Shown piece after piece: positions 1 to 9,987 of a stretch of 64,000 bases of DNA. The stretch covers positions 2,624,001 to 2,688,000 of the forward strand of contig OZ255836.1 of the NCBI GenBank assembly GCA_965277715.1, read 5' to 3'. Source of the stretch: Gammaproteobacteria bacterium (lineage in GTDB: Bacteria; Pseudomonadota; Gammaproteobacteria; JBCCGL01). Within the stretch, counting starts at the first letter, position 1. The number at the start of each line of letters is the position of its first letter. Both the position numbers and the translations under genes were made by a program. The notes beneath the pieces were generated by a model. It did no database searches. It saw nothing but the letters and a program-made list of their open reading frames with translations, and was not told the DNA's origin.

Positions 1-421
1 TTAAGCCAAACCAGAAACCAAAAACAAACGGTAACGATACAAAGAGCAGAACTTTAATGCGCTTTTCACCGAGAATGCGAAACCCCGCGATCAAAAACAG
101 GACAGTGGCAATCAGAAAACCCAACCAATCGAGCGCTAAACCGTATAGCAGGCTGATTGACATCAACCCGATAAGCGGGCGCCAGTTCAGGTGTTTCCAT
201 TTCGGCGCGCTTAGGTGTCTGAGTTCGTTTGTCGTGCCGCCGATCAGTAGACACAGGGATAGCACAATACCCAGCCCGGACAATACAAATGGCAGCGTTT
301 GGGCTGTCATGGCCTCATATTCATCGCCGGGGTAGAGTTTGATCCTGTTCGCGTAGTAACCGTATAGAATCGATACCACCAGGAAAAACAATGCCCCGAT
401 TTGCTCTTTGGAAAGTGTCAT
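1..421 (-). CDS. tctB: Tripartite tricarboxylate transporter small membrane subunit TctB (3' end runs off window)
   Basis: Manual translation from ATG at 421: MTLSKEQIGALFFLVVSILYGYYANRIKLYPGDEYEAMTAQTLPFVLSGLGIVLSL...; hydrophobic; directly downstream of tctC-like gene. Confidence 0.8.
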   Translation of the reverse strand, partial: MTLSKEQIGALFFLVVSILYGYYANRIKLYPGDEYEAMTAQTLPFVLSGLGIVLSLCLLIGGTTNELRHLSAPKWKHLNWRPLIGLMSISLLYGLALDWLGFLIATVLFLIAGFRILGEKRIKVLLFVSLPFVFGFWFGL

Positions 422-542
422 GGTGTGGTGTTCAGGCCTAATCGTTCGAGGGAATAAACACGTGTGAACAACGCTTTGTTGTGAGGTAAAACTTCGTGCG
501 TGTTCACGGGAGTGTGGTCAGTGTTATGCCGTTTATTAAGCC

Positions 543-1541
543 TTACAGAAACCCTAATTCGCGCATTAAGTCACCGACCAGCTTTTCCTGCTCTTCCAGA
601 AAATCATAAAATGCAGCCCCTGGCTTGTAGACATTGACCCAACCGTTGCGCGAACGCACCGTTTCCCACTCAGGGGTTTGGTACATTTTACCGAGCACAT
701 CTGCATAGGCGTCAACTTCCGCTTTAGACAGTCCTGGCGCACCGAAAAAACCACGCCAGTTGGCAAATACAGTGGGGTTGCCCATCTCTACCAACGTCGG
801 CACGTCTGGCGCGTCTTTGAGTCGCTCGGGCGCGGTGATGGCGAGAATACGCACCTGGCCCGCTTTGCTTAATTCCAATGCTTCGCCGAGGCCGGTCGAC
901 AATAGCTGGGCTTCACCGGAGAGCAGCCCGGCCATTGCTTTGCCGCCTGCATCATAGGGAATATAGCGCAGTACTTTGGGGTCGAGCCCTTCGGCTTTTA
1001 TAGCCGCTGCAGGGACGAGGTGATCGAGGCTGCCCTTTGAGGACCCACCCGCGAATTTCATTTTGCGGGGGTTATCGGCAAACCCCATAACGACATCTTT
1101 CCAGGTTTTGATTGGGCTGTCATTGCGCACCACAAAGGCACCATAATCGGCGATAGTGCCAGCGACAGGGGTGAGATCACGAAATGATTGAGGGAAAACA
1201 CCCGTTAACGAACGCACAACGATAGGCGTGGAGTTGACCATCAAAGTGCCCTTTTGTTGGGCGGCCGTTTCGATGATATGCGCAATAGCTTTACCGCCGC
1301 CACCACCGGAGAGGTTTTGATAAGAGGCTTTCCCGATCAGGCCCGATTTGGTGAGCGCTTCGCCGGTGCCACGTGCGGTGCCGTCCCAGCCGCCACCAGC
1401 GCCGCCGGGGATCAAAAAGTGAATGGATTCGATATCAGCGGCGTTAGTGCTGGTTATTGGGGCGGATAAGGATAACCCCAGTGTGGTGCAGAAGGCCGCT
1501 TTTAGCAGTGCTCTACGGGTAGTGGTGTTGGGAAATTTCAT
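543..1541 (-). CDS. tctC: Tripartite tricarboxylate transporter substrate-binding protein (TctC/Bug family)
   Basis: Signal peptide, IPGGAGGGWDGTAR, N..GGGG, YIPYDAGG and NWRGFF motifs. Confidence 0.92.
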   Translation of the reverse strand: MKFPNTTTRRALLKAAFCTTLGLSLSAPITSTNAADIESIHFLIPGGAGGGWDGTARGTGEALTKSGLIGKASYQNLSGGGGGKAIAHIIETAAQQKGTLMVNSTPIVVRSLTGVFPQSFRDLTPVAGTIADYGAFVVRNDSPIKTWKDVVMGFADNPRKMKFAGGSSKGSLDHLVPAAAIKAEGLDPKVLRYIPYDAGGKAMAGLLSGEAQLLSTGLGEALELSKAGQVRILAITAPERLKDAPDVPTLVEMGNPTVFANWRGFFGAPGLSKAEVDAYADVLGKMYQTPEWETVRSRNGWVNVYKPGAAFYDFLEEQEKLVGDLMRELGFL

Positions 1542-1716
1542 TGTTTAATCCTCTGGATTATTGTGTGGGTAGAACATTATCGGTATGTGATCGAACAGGA
1601 AAACCTGTGTGAATACGCTTTGTTTTGTTTTTATTGTGGATTAAATTCATAAAGTGCACACTAATGAAAACCTACCGCTGCCATAACAATTAAAATACTC
1701 AATAAAGGAGATAAAG

Positions 1717-2313
1717 CTATATTTTTCGGTAAGCGGTATTTTTCAGTTGTGTTTTGTATGCGTGTTGTTCGCGCTCTTCGGGTGACATAAACAAATCAGC
1801 GTCTGCGCCGTGTATTTGGCAAATACGTTGTTCCAGGGCTTGTTGGTTTTCGATATTACCATTGTAGTCAATATGTAAAATTTCGCTGTTATTATGCCGT
1901 GTTAAAAAATACCCGACCAACAAACTTCGGTGGCAGGTCGCCGGGTCTTTTTCTGCGCACATCAGCGCGACAGTAAAGCCTTTCTCGATACCTTGGGATA
2001 AACGTACCATACCTTGTTCAAATAGAGGGGATTGCATGAGCCGGTCGAACTGCACCTGCCCTGTTTCATCGTAGTGTGTTGCCTCTTTTGAGCGGGGGCC
2101 AAGCTCCTCCCCTAAATACACATAGCGGATACCACTTTGCTGTAAATGGGCGGTAATGGATTCCTTATGGTATTCGTGGAAGACCTTGCTATAAGGCACC
2201 GAGCGGATGTCGGCAACCACATCGATTTTGTATTGTTGAAGGTGGCTAATAAAGGTTTCGATGGGTTTAGTGGCGTAGCCGATGGTGTAGAGCGTGTGGC
2301 GTTTTTCTGGCAT
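1717..2313 (-). CDS. DUF488 domain protein
   Basis: LYTIGY...VADIRSVPYS...YVYLGEELG...LMCAEKDPATCHR motifs; probable start MPEKRH at 2313. Confidence 0.85.
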   Translation of the reverse strand: MPEKRHTLYTIGYATKPIETFISHLQQYKIDVVADIRSVPYSKVFHEYHKESITAHLQQSGIRYVYLGEELGPRSKEATHYDETGQVQFDRLMQSPLFEQGMVRLSQGIEKGFTVALMCAEKDPATCHRSLLVGYFLTRHNNSEILHIDYNGNIENQQALEQRICQIHGADADLFMSPEEREQHAYKTQLKNTAYRKI

Positions 2314-2317
2314 GTGT
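2284..2317. repeat. 34-bp direct repeat, left boundary of ~30-kb island (5' end of DUF488 gene)
   Basis: ggtgtagagcgtgtggcgtttttctggcatgtgt matches 32481-32514 with 1 mismatch; more degenerate copy at ~3301-3332. Confidence 0.85.
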
Positions 2318-2510
2318 AGGGTCAATGGGGGTTATTCGTGTCTGCGTAACGTAATCTACAATGTAATAGTAAAGCAAAAAATAAAAATACCACGCCTGCT
2401 ACTGCTTTATCGCCAACCCGGTTTGCAGAATAGGGAGGATATAATCTGTATTATGAGATTGATACGTCGCAGGCGCCATTTTGGGCAGTGTCTCTGCCTG
2501 CGGAAAAAAA

Positions 2511-3065
2511 CTAACGGTCAAACAAATGCTTTTTAAGACGCGATGGTGAGAGGTTAACAAAACCATGGCTGGCGCTGGTAATATCACGCGCAAACTTTCT
2601 TTTGCTTTTAGGCAAGACAACCAAAAATCTTTTTGCAGGGTAAAGCTTTCTGACTCTTTCTATGGCGGGTGAAATATCGCTGTCACCACTCAGAATAAAA
2701 GCCGTATCATATTTGTCCCTCAAACCGTCTTCAAGTATCTGAAGTGCTAGCTTAACATCCGTTTCCTTCTCCTCGTGGCTATACCATTTTGTATTGCACT
2801 TGGAACATTGTTCTCTTTGCTTTTTAAAATAAGACATCACCACACTCACACCTGATTTTTTAAGCGCACTGACATAAGACTTATGTTTGGCTAAGTCTTC
2901 TTTTCTCCAAGTGGCGTAGGCTGAGAAGTAGTATAGGTTTTGAAGCGCCTGGTTGTCTTGAAGTAAAGACAAGGCTAGTGATCTGAGATCAATATTTGCG
3001 GAGGGGTTGTCCTTGGTAGCGTGGTAGAAATTGTACCCGTCTACATAAAGTATGACTTTTTTCAT
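2511..3065 (-). CDS. NYN domain (LabA/DUF88, PIN-like) putative ribonuclease
   Basis: YVDGYNFYH, EEKETDV, LSGDSD acidic motifs. Confidence 0.88.
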   Translation of the reverse strand: MKKVILYVDGYNFYHATKDNPSANIDLRSLALSLLQDNQALQNLYYFSAYATWRKEDLAKHKSYVSALKKSGVSVVMSYFKKQREQCSKCNTKWYSHEEKETDVKLALQILEDGLRDKYDTAFILSGDSDISPAIERVRKLYPAKRFLVVLPKSKRKFARDITSASHGFVNLSPSRLKKHLFDR

Positions 3066-3298
3066 ATTGTAGTTTTTAAAAAGAAAAGCCGCCCCACAAG
3101 GAGGCGACTCCGACTACAAGCGTCAACGAACGCAACCGTCCTCGTCTTGTAGGTAGTGTGCTAAGTGTAGCATATCAAGTAATGATTTCAAAAAATTTTA
3201 CCGGAGCCTATGGGCAAGCCAAAAGTGGCGACTTAGCCAAAATATCCTCCATCATCGCCTTGATGTCAGAGCGCCAGTAGTACCTGCCCACCCGACCA

Positions 3299-3650
3299 AT
3301 GGTGCAGAGCGTGTGGCGTTTTGCTGGCATGTATCGACAGGCGACTAAACAATAGCAACCGCCGCCCGCATTCCCTCCAAGATTACCTCTTCTGCGGTGC
3401 GCGGTGACAGGCAGTCACCCGGGCAGTCACCCGTCAGGTACACCGCGCAATCCAGGCTGTGCACCGCCCGTTCGAGCGCGGTGTCTGTCACGTGTCCCAG
3501 GAAAGTCACCAGGGTATCGACACCCTCGCAGATTACCGGTTCATCGCTGGTGATATTTTGCAAGTATACGGTCTCTTCATCCGCCGCACATAAACGCACG
3601 TAGGGGATAATCTCGACACCGAGCTTGTGCATGGTGCTCAGTCATTGAAA
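3299..3650 (-). pseudogene. Duplicated 3' fragment of the NADH:flavin oxidoreductase gene (32525-34498) plus start of DUF488 gene
   Basis: Near-identical to ~32481-32820 at DNA and protein level, with a 12-bp internal duplication (GDCPGDCL). Confidence 0.9.
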
Positions 3651-3679
3651 AAAAGAGGAAAAGAGGGTGTCCTTTTGGC

Positions 3680-4760
3680 TTTTGCTGGAGATTCATGCTT
3701 GATGGACACTCTTTGCTACGACCTCTGCTAGTGTAACAGGGGCGACATTTCCAATCTGTCTCATACGTTCGCTCCAAGCACCTGATATATAATAGTCATC
3801 AGGAAATGTTTGAATACGTGCAGCTTCGCGAACAGTAAAATAGCGAATTGAATCATCATTAAAGCGGATCATGTTTTCCCCTCCGGGCACACCATGATCA
3901 CCGGCTTTTAATGCTTTCGAAGGCTCATCAATAGGGCTTCCTGTATGTCCCGGATAAGATTTTGCGCCATCTTTAAATATATGATTATTAAATTCGTTTT
4001 TTCTTTTTGGGCTAGGAAGATCAGATATTGCTTCTCTTACTGTTACCCAGGGTTTTTCTTGAGGCTCAAAGAAGCCATATTTTTTTAGTAGCTGAGACGC
4101 TAATTTTTCCTTTGAAATATTCAAAGGCGGGCTATCATTCTTTGCTACTTTTAGCCGCTCCCAATAGTCTCCAGTAACCCACTGTTGCCACAACAATGCA
4201 TCCTGTGAGTGAGTTGCCTTTGGGAAACTCCATTCAATATTAAGGTTATTTCTGAAACCTACGATAAAAACTCTTTCTCTTTTTTGCGGGACACCATAGT
4301 CAGCAGCATTTAACAGTCTAAAGACGACATTGTACTTTAACCCTCTATATCTCCCACTTGTATGGATTGCCTATAGCCTTCTTAAATGTTGCTCCCATTT
4401 CTCATTGTTTTCACGAACTATATTTGGGTAGATGAGCTGAAGAATAGTATACTCAAAATACGAATTGAAATTTTTTCGTAACAGGCCTTTTACATTCTCA
4501 AAGATAAAAACATCTGGTTTTGCTTCTCGTACTGCACGAACAGCCTGTGGAAGCATGTCCCTTTCATCATTAAAGGCTCTGTGTTTACCTCCAAGTGAAA
4601 GGGTTGGCATGGTGGGCCGCCAGCAACGACTGAAATGCTGCTCTTATATTTTTTGAAAGAGAAATTTTTTACATCACTATGTTGAATATCCCATTCTTTT
4701 ATTTGGGCTTGTCCTTCATCGTGATTTTTAATAAGTGTATCTACTGCATCTTTAAAGAGT
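3680..4760 (-). pseudogene. DNA (cytosine-5)-methyltransferase, frameshifted and interrupted
   Basis: C5-MTase motifs spread over several frames: GGPPCQPF, FENVKGL, DYGVPQKRERV, RYFTVREAARIQTFPD, RQIGN; N-terminal FxGxG motif missing. Confidence 0.85.
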
Positions 4761-4879
4761 GCTGAATCGGTTTCTTTCTGAGCGCTTCTACCTTGCCTCC
4801 AACCCGGTAATACGGCTTTGCCCACATAGATCGGAATATCTTTATTGAAAATTAGTATACTAACAAAAAACAGTAAACA

Positions 4880-5293
4880 TTAATCCAGCCAGCTCTCTAA
4901 TGCCAGTTTGGGAATTCTTGCAAACTCTCGGGTATTGGCACTTACCAGCACCTGACCCAGGGATAGTGCCTGAGCACCAATCAGCAAATCATTGCTGCCT
5001 ATAGGTAAACCACGCTTTTCCAACAACACCCGCAAATCGCCATACACCATACTAGCTTCGGCAGTCAGCGGTATTATTGGTAAGCTAGTAAGAATACGTT
5101 CAATATTATTGCTTAAAGCGAGGGAATTCTTTCTTGCCGCACCATACCGTAACTCACAGGCGACTATGACACTAGTGCAACATTGTCGTTCACAGCCGCT
5201 TTCAGTAATGTAAGCAGCAACTTTACCCTGGGGGTTTTTGATTAAATCAGAAAGGATATTGGTGTCGAGTAAATACCGGTAGTCCATTGCCAT
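4880..5293 (-). CDS. vapC: VapC PIN-domain toxin
   Basis: YLLDTNILS, ELRYG, IGSNDLLIGAQA, VSANTREF motifs. Confidence 0.92.
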   Translation of the reverse strand: MAMDYRYLLDTNILSDLIKNPQGKVAAYITESGCERQCCTSVIVACELRYGAARKNSLALSNNIERILTSLPIIPLTAEASMVYGDLRVLLEKRGLPIGSNDLLIGAQALSLGQVLVSANTREFARIPKLALESWLD

Positions 5294-5304
5294 TATACAT
5301 CCAG

Positions 5305-5541
5305 TTAAAAAATATCTTCCGCTTCGACAAGTGAATCCGGTATGTCGGGAAAATTTTCACGCCATGGTTTCATATCAGCCAACACGCTGAGTAAACCCGG
5401 TTTTTCTACTGGGCAGATTATCAGTTGATCGCCTTCTTTACGAATAATAGCCTCTGTACCTTCTAGCTCAAACTCTCTGGGTATTCGTAAGGCTTGGTTA
5501 CGTCCGTTTCTAAATAAACTGACGTGTCTTTCAGTTTGCAT
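5305..5541 (-). CDS. vapB: VapB (AbrB/MazE-type) antitoxin
   Basis: LFRNGRNQALRIPREF; immediately upstream of vapC. Confidence 0.9.
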   Translation of the reverse strand: MQTERHVSLFRNGRNQALRIPREFELEGTEAIIRKEGDQLIICPVEKPGLLSVLADMKPWRENFPDIPDSLVEAEDIF

Positions 5542-5560
5542 TCGTTACCACATATTCAGT

Positions 5561-5582
5561 AAGCATATGACAAAGCATATGC
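5561..5582. promoter_or_regulatory. Probable VapBC autorepression operator
   Basis: Tandem aagcatatg repeats, each with palindromic catatg core, ~20 bp upstream of vapB. Confidence 0.45.
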
Positions 5583-5692
5583 CTGGTGTGTTTTCTTGTC
5601 AAATAGTAAAAAATAGGCTCTGAGAGACACCCGTTTTGTGGCACTCGATCATCGACACCTCGCGCTGCCAGCCATATTTTAACCAATCATTA

Positions 5693-5754
5693 TAGCTTCC
5701 CGCCCTTCCTTCACTGAATTTCAAGCGCCGTATCGTGCGGGAACGGTTAACCTT
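5693..5754 (+). repeat. Fragment of the 3' flank of a Y1 transposase element
   Basis: tagcttcccgcccttccttcactgaatttcaagcgccgtatcgtgcggg..cggtt repeats at ~18428-18490. Confidence 0.75.
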
Positions 5755-5934
5755 GAAGTAATACGTGAAGCGCTCAGAAACCAGATACGCCTATCGATAA
5801 AAGAGCAATTTGATGACCGTATCGTTTCCGGGCGTCAACAAGCGAAAACAGGGAAAGGTACAGTTGCTGACGATGCTTACTTTGATGCGGCACGTTTATA
5901 TGTCAAAGAAAAATATATAACGCCGCCCATTTAA
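5755..5934 (+). pseudogene. 5'-truncated ParD-like (RHH) antitoxin
   Basis: Manual translation EVIREALRNQIRLSIKEQFDDRIVSGRQQAKTGKG...; no start codon. Confidence 0.55.
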
Positions 5935-6067
5935 GCATGAACATTGCTGTTTATATGGTATCTGAAAGGCATCGCCAGTGGCGTTCAATCTTTGACAAGC
6001 GCCTGGATACTATTAACAGGGCTTAATTACCTATTGATATAACGTATACCGATGTTGGTATTATGTG

Positions 6068-6853
6068 TCACGTTTCATTTCTTATCCAATGTACTTCACT
6101 TCGAATTGTTCCATCAGGGAAGAGATCCAAAATTCGGAAACCCTGAATCGATCCGTCCAAACTGTGAGAAGCCCAAAAATCTTCATGGTCAACTGGCTCC
6201 CCAAATTGTGCATGTGATACATGTGCAAATGTTGATGGTGTAGTAAATTGTACATGTCCCTCAGTATTGATCTCAGATGCATTGTGCGTATGCCCAGCTA
6301 TTACTCCTTTTATATTCCTGTGGCTATTAAGTAGTGCTGTAAATTCTACTGAATTGAGAAGTTTACACCCGGAAGATGGGCATACGTTGGACGGGGTGTG
6401 ATGAAGAGCTACCAGTATTGGGTGATCCCCAAATTCTGCAATATACTTCTTTATTTCAGAGATTTCGGTTGAACTCACACATCCATGTGAATGGCTTTCA
6501 ACCTGTGAATTAACGAATAAGAATCCCCAGTTAGAAAGCTCGGTCACATTAGTAAAGAATATTTCATCGACGTTAAAACAAGCGAGCATATTCGATACAT
6601 CGTCATGGTTACCTGGCAACACATATACAGGAATTTCGAGCCTTGCCAATATACCGCGAAGTCTTTCGTATGTTGTTTTAGAGCCATCCTCCGCCAAGTC
6701 ACCAGTTGCAATTATGAGATTTGGCTGCTTGGGTAGTTGCTTGATTGCGTCGATAACGTTTTCAAGTGAAAGAGCGGTATCAACCCCGTATAACTCCGAG
6801 CCAGGTTGTGCTGTGAGATGTATATCAGTAATTTGTGCTACGCGTATTGTCAT
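6068..6853 (-). CDS. Metallophosphoesterase, CpdA/Icc-like cyclic nucleotide phosphodiesterase (cassette-like gene)
   Basis: DIH, TGDL, PGNHD, LHH, AGHTH metallophosphoesterase motifs. Confidence 0.85.
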   Translation of the reverse strand: MTIRVAQITDIHLTAQPGSELYGVDTALSLENVIDAIKQLPKQPNLIIATGDLAEDGSKTTYERLRGILARLEIPVYVLPGNHDDVSNMLACFNVDEIFFTNVTELSNWGFLFVNSQVESHSHGCVSSTEISEIKKYIAEFGDHPILVALHHTPSNVCPSSGCKLLNSVEFTALLNSHRNIKGVIAGHTHNASEINTEGHVQFTTPSTFAHVSHAQFGEPVDHEDFWASHSLDGSIQGFRILDLFPDGTIRSEVHWIRNET

Positions 6854-6885
6854 GATTTCGGATTATTGTCGTATTCTAGTGTGAC

Positions 6886-6926
6886 ACATAACAGTTAGTA
6901 TCAGGCAGATTTGCCTTGATAAGTAA
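6886..6926 (-). other. Orphan attI-like site of second integron platform, with cassette junction GTTATGT
   Basis: Minus strand ttacttatcaaggcaaatctgcctgatactaactGTTATGT matches segments of 30106-30186 and 18935-18968. Confidence 0.65.
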
Positions 6927-6960
6927 TGGTAATTCTGGGGACATAGAACTTAATTATACC

Positions 6961-7407
6961 GGTTCTTCCCCGATTATTGTGAAGCCACTGGTTCCCTATC
7001 CAGCTTTTAAACGCCAACGAAATGGATACTTTTAACCCTGAAGGGTCTAAATCAACTGACACCACTGACCAGAATGGCACTTCCTTAAGCTGTAAGTATT
7101 TGAAAGTATTGGTATTACGTGCTTGGTTCAGATAACTTGGCATATGGTTCTTGAAAGCAATATTTGTAAAACTATCCCGGTTATCATTGGCGGCAACTTT
7201 CAAAATATCATTTTTTTTCTTAGAAAGAATAAATAAACTCTTTACTATCAGTTGCTTACGCCTTAAGGAAGTGCCATTCACCACTGACCAGTCATCTGTC
7301 AGGCATAGGAGCTGGCTGTAGTGTTCTTCAAGGCTCGATAGCACCGGAGTCTCTCAATGGCAAAGGGGGATGAAATACTATAACTTCACACAAACCGGGG
7401 AAGAACC
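6961..7407 (-). mobile_element. Internally deleted ISL3 element (same IS as 26575-27892)
   Basis: Both ends retained (ggttcttccccg...cggggaagaacc); ~1.1 kb of transposase deleted. Confidence 0.9.
7072..7279. mobile_element. 208-bp MITE nested in the ISL3 remnant
   Basis: 18-bp perfect TIR gaatggcacttccttaag; 11-bp target duplication accactgacca (7061-7071, 7280-7290), present once in the intact ISL3. Confidence 0.9.
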
Positions 7408-7570
7408 TTTAAAGATTCCGAGTTGAGTTATATTCATTTCGTGTCGCATAATTATTGAAGTTATTAGTAACATTGTGATTTTTTAATGATTGGCGCTTTA
7501 AATTTGGTGGTTTTGTACTATTGTTTAGATTGTTGCTTAACAATGTAATTATAAAAATAAAGGGGGAAGT

Positions 7571-9154
7571 ATGGAGTTTACGACAATTGTATTTATTGTG
7601 GTGATTGTTTTGCTGATCGCTACGATTGGCAAGATTGGTACAGATAAAGGCGTTTTAGAAAAATCTCTGGAAGCACTAAAGAAAACACTAGAAGCAGCGG
7701 AGGCTACTATTGCTAACCTGGAACCACTGAAAAAATACCAATCCATTCAAGATGCTGACCGGGAAGCACAGCGCATACTAAAAGACGCTAATGAACAGTC
7801 CAATCAGACTATTAATTCCGCGCTGGAAAAGTCAGAAAAAATTCAGACTGATGCGATAGAAATATCTGATAACCTTCGCGCTGAGAGCCGTGCCAATGCT
7901 CGCGCAACTCGCGAGAAAAATGAAGCGTTGCTCAACACAGCGCAAGAACAACACGATAAGATTATTGACACAGCTCGACAGCAAGCAATAGAAATTGCAG
8001 GTGATGCTCTCAAGGCCAAGGAAAATACCGACCTATACAGTAAGACAGCCGCAGCTATGAAAAATGCGATCAAAGGCTATGGCGATGAATATCTAATTCC
8101 CAATCACACTTTGATTGATGAGCTTGCCGAGGATTTTGGCCATAAAGAGGGTGGACAAAAACTTAAAGATGCGCGTGCCCATAGCCGTACACTGATTAAA
8201 AACGAAATGGCCGCTGAGTGTGATTACAAAGAACCAAATCGGCGGACCGATGCTATTCATTTTGTGTTAGATGCCTTTAATGGAAAGGTCGACACTGCAT
8301 TGGCAAAAGCAAAGCACGACAACTTTGGGAAATTGCAACAAGAAATAGAAGATGGCTCTAATCTGGTCAACCGTACTGGCCAAGCTTTTCGTAATGCCAG
8401 AGTAACGCCAATCTATCTTTCCGCTCGATTGGATGAGTTACGTTGGGCTGTTACAACTAACGAACTAAAACGACTCGAGCGTGAAGAGCAACGTGTTATT
8501 AGAGAGGCTATGCGTGAAGAGGAGCGTGCTCGACGTGAATATGAAAAAGCTCAAAAAGAGGCAGCTAAAGAAGAGAGCATGCTACAAAAAGCAATGGAAA
8601 CTGCTAGAAAGCAACTGGCTGGTGCTAACGAAGAGCAGCGACAGCAATATGAACAACAACTGGCTGATCTGGAACTGAAGCTACATGAAGCTGAAGAGAA
8701 GAATCAACGCGCTTTGTCTATGGCTCAGCAAACACGACAAGGGCATGTGTATGTTATTTCCAATATAGGTTCTTTCGGTGAGAATATCTTCAAGATCGGT
8801 ATGACTCGACGACTGGAACCAATGGACAGAGTAAAAGAACTAGGTGACGCCAGTGTACCTTTTGGGTTCGATGTACATGCGATGATTCATAGTGATAATG
8901 CACCACAGTTGGAAAAAGCGCTGCACGAACGATTTAATGGTGAAAGAGTTAATAGGATTAATTTGCGCAAAGAATTTTTTAACGTGAGTATTATTGATAT
9001 ACGCCATATTATTCAGTCTATGGACATAGACGTGCATTGGACAATGAGAGCTGAAGCATTGGAATACCGTGAAAGTTTAGTTGAGAAAAATAGACCTCCC
9101 AAGGTTAATTTAACCGTCCAACCAGTAGTAAACGAACAGCTTGCGACTGCGTAA
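7571..9154 (+). CDS. DUF4041 / T5orf172 (GIY-YIG-like) domain protein with N-terminal TM and coiled coil
   Basis: GHVYVISNIGSFGENIFKIGMTRRLEPMDRVKELGDASVPFGFDVHA...EFF signature. Confidence 0.88.
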   Translation: MEFTTIVFIVVIVLLIATIGKIGTDKGVLEKSLEALKKTLEAAEATIANLEPLKKYQSIQDADREAQRILKDANEQSNQTINSALEKSEKIQTDAIEISDNLRAESRANARATREKNEALLNTAQEQHDKIIDTARQQAIEIAGDALKAKENTDLYSKTAAAMKNAIKGYGDEYLIPNHTLIDELAEDFGHKEGGQKLKDARAHSRTLIKNEMAAECDYKEPNRRTDAIHFVLDAFNGKVDTALAKAKHDNFGKLQQEIEDGSNLVNRTGQAFRNARVTPIYLSARLDELRWAVTTNELKRLEREEQRVIREAMREEERARREYEKAQKEAAKEESMLQKAMETARKQLAGANEEQRQQYEQQLADLELKLHEAEEKNQRALSMAQQTRQGHVYVISNIGSFGENIFKIGMTRRLEPMDRVKELGDASVPFGFDVHAMIHSDNAPQLEKALHERFNGERVNRINLRKEFFNVSIIDIRHIIQSMDIDVHWTMRAEALEYRESLVEKNRPPKVNLTVQPVVNEQLATA

Positions 9155-9476
9155 TTAATAACGTGACTATAAAGCGGATCAATGTCTAGTATTATAGAGA
9201 AATGCAAGGATATCCCAAAAATGGAAAACAGCACCCGGGATAATCAAACCTGCGTTTTTTACCTATTTGGGGGGGGGGTATTCGGTGTAATGGTTCAACG
9301 GTTGAATTTTATTTTAGGGGGAAGTATTTTTTTCAGACAAGGCAAAAATAACCCATTGTGAATGGGTTGAGTAATACACCAGGAATCAAGTATTTACTTG
9401 TGTGCAGTGTGCAGGGTTAGTACATGGGGTCTAGAAAACCGTGTTGTTGAAGTGCGCCATCGCATCAATTAGTCAA

Positions 9477-9980
9477 TTATTCCCACTCATATTTCGATAT
9501 GTTTTGACCGTCAATTGTATACGCTGCCTCCGCATACTCTGAACGAACTGATTCGACTTGCATGATTCCTTCTACCCATACAGGTTCGTAGAGGTCGATG
9601 CTTACCCATGGTTTTTTTAGTTTGACGTAAATCACTTGATTGGCCGGGGGAGGTGGAACGTGTAGGCAGGCACCGACGTAGGGCACCAGTAAAAACTCGG
9701 AGACTTCATCGCCGTTAAATTCAAGCGGCAACATGAAACCGGGAATTTTAATTCGTTGATTGTTCAGCTTGCCAACAGTGGGTGCAGAAGGACTTTGCAG
9801 GCTTTCATCTCCGCTATCTTCCAGAAACATTGACGTACTGTTATTGGGTTCTGGTGACCAGTTTTTGGGCATCAGCTCTTCCCAGCCGATGACCTGAAAC
9901 TCTTGATCAGTTGCATGACTGTTTGTAAGCACTATAAGCAATAATGCTGTGTTAATAGTTCGAAATAAGATAGACATCAC
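9477..9980 (-). CDS. DUF3299 domain protein
   Basis: WEELMP, IPGFMLPL, EFLLVPYVGACLHVPPPPANQVIYV. Confidence 0.88.
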   Translation of the reverse strand: MMSILFRTINTALLLIVLTNSHATDQEFQVIGWEELMPKNWSPEPNNSTSMFLEDSGDESLQSPSAPTVGKLNNQRIKIPGFMLPLEFNGDEVSEFLLVPYVGACLHVPPPPANQVIYVKLKKPWVSIDLYEPVWVEGIMQVESVRSEYAEAAYTIDGQNISKYEWE

Positions 9981-9987
9981 GTTCCCC

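Noticed and set aside
6901-7344. 147-aa ORF as a real gene
   Set aside because: Chance read-through of ISL3 remnant, MITE and attI sequence.
9269-9278. G10 homopolymer as phase-variation switch
   Set aside because: Lies between convergent gene ends, not in an evident CDS or promoter.
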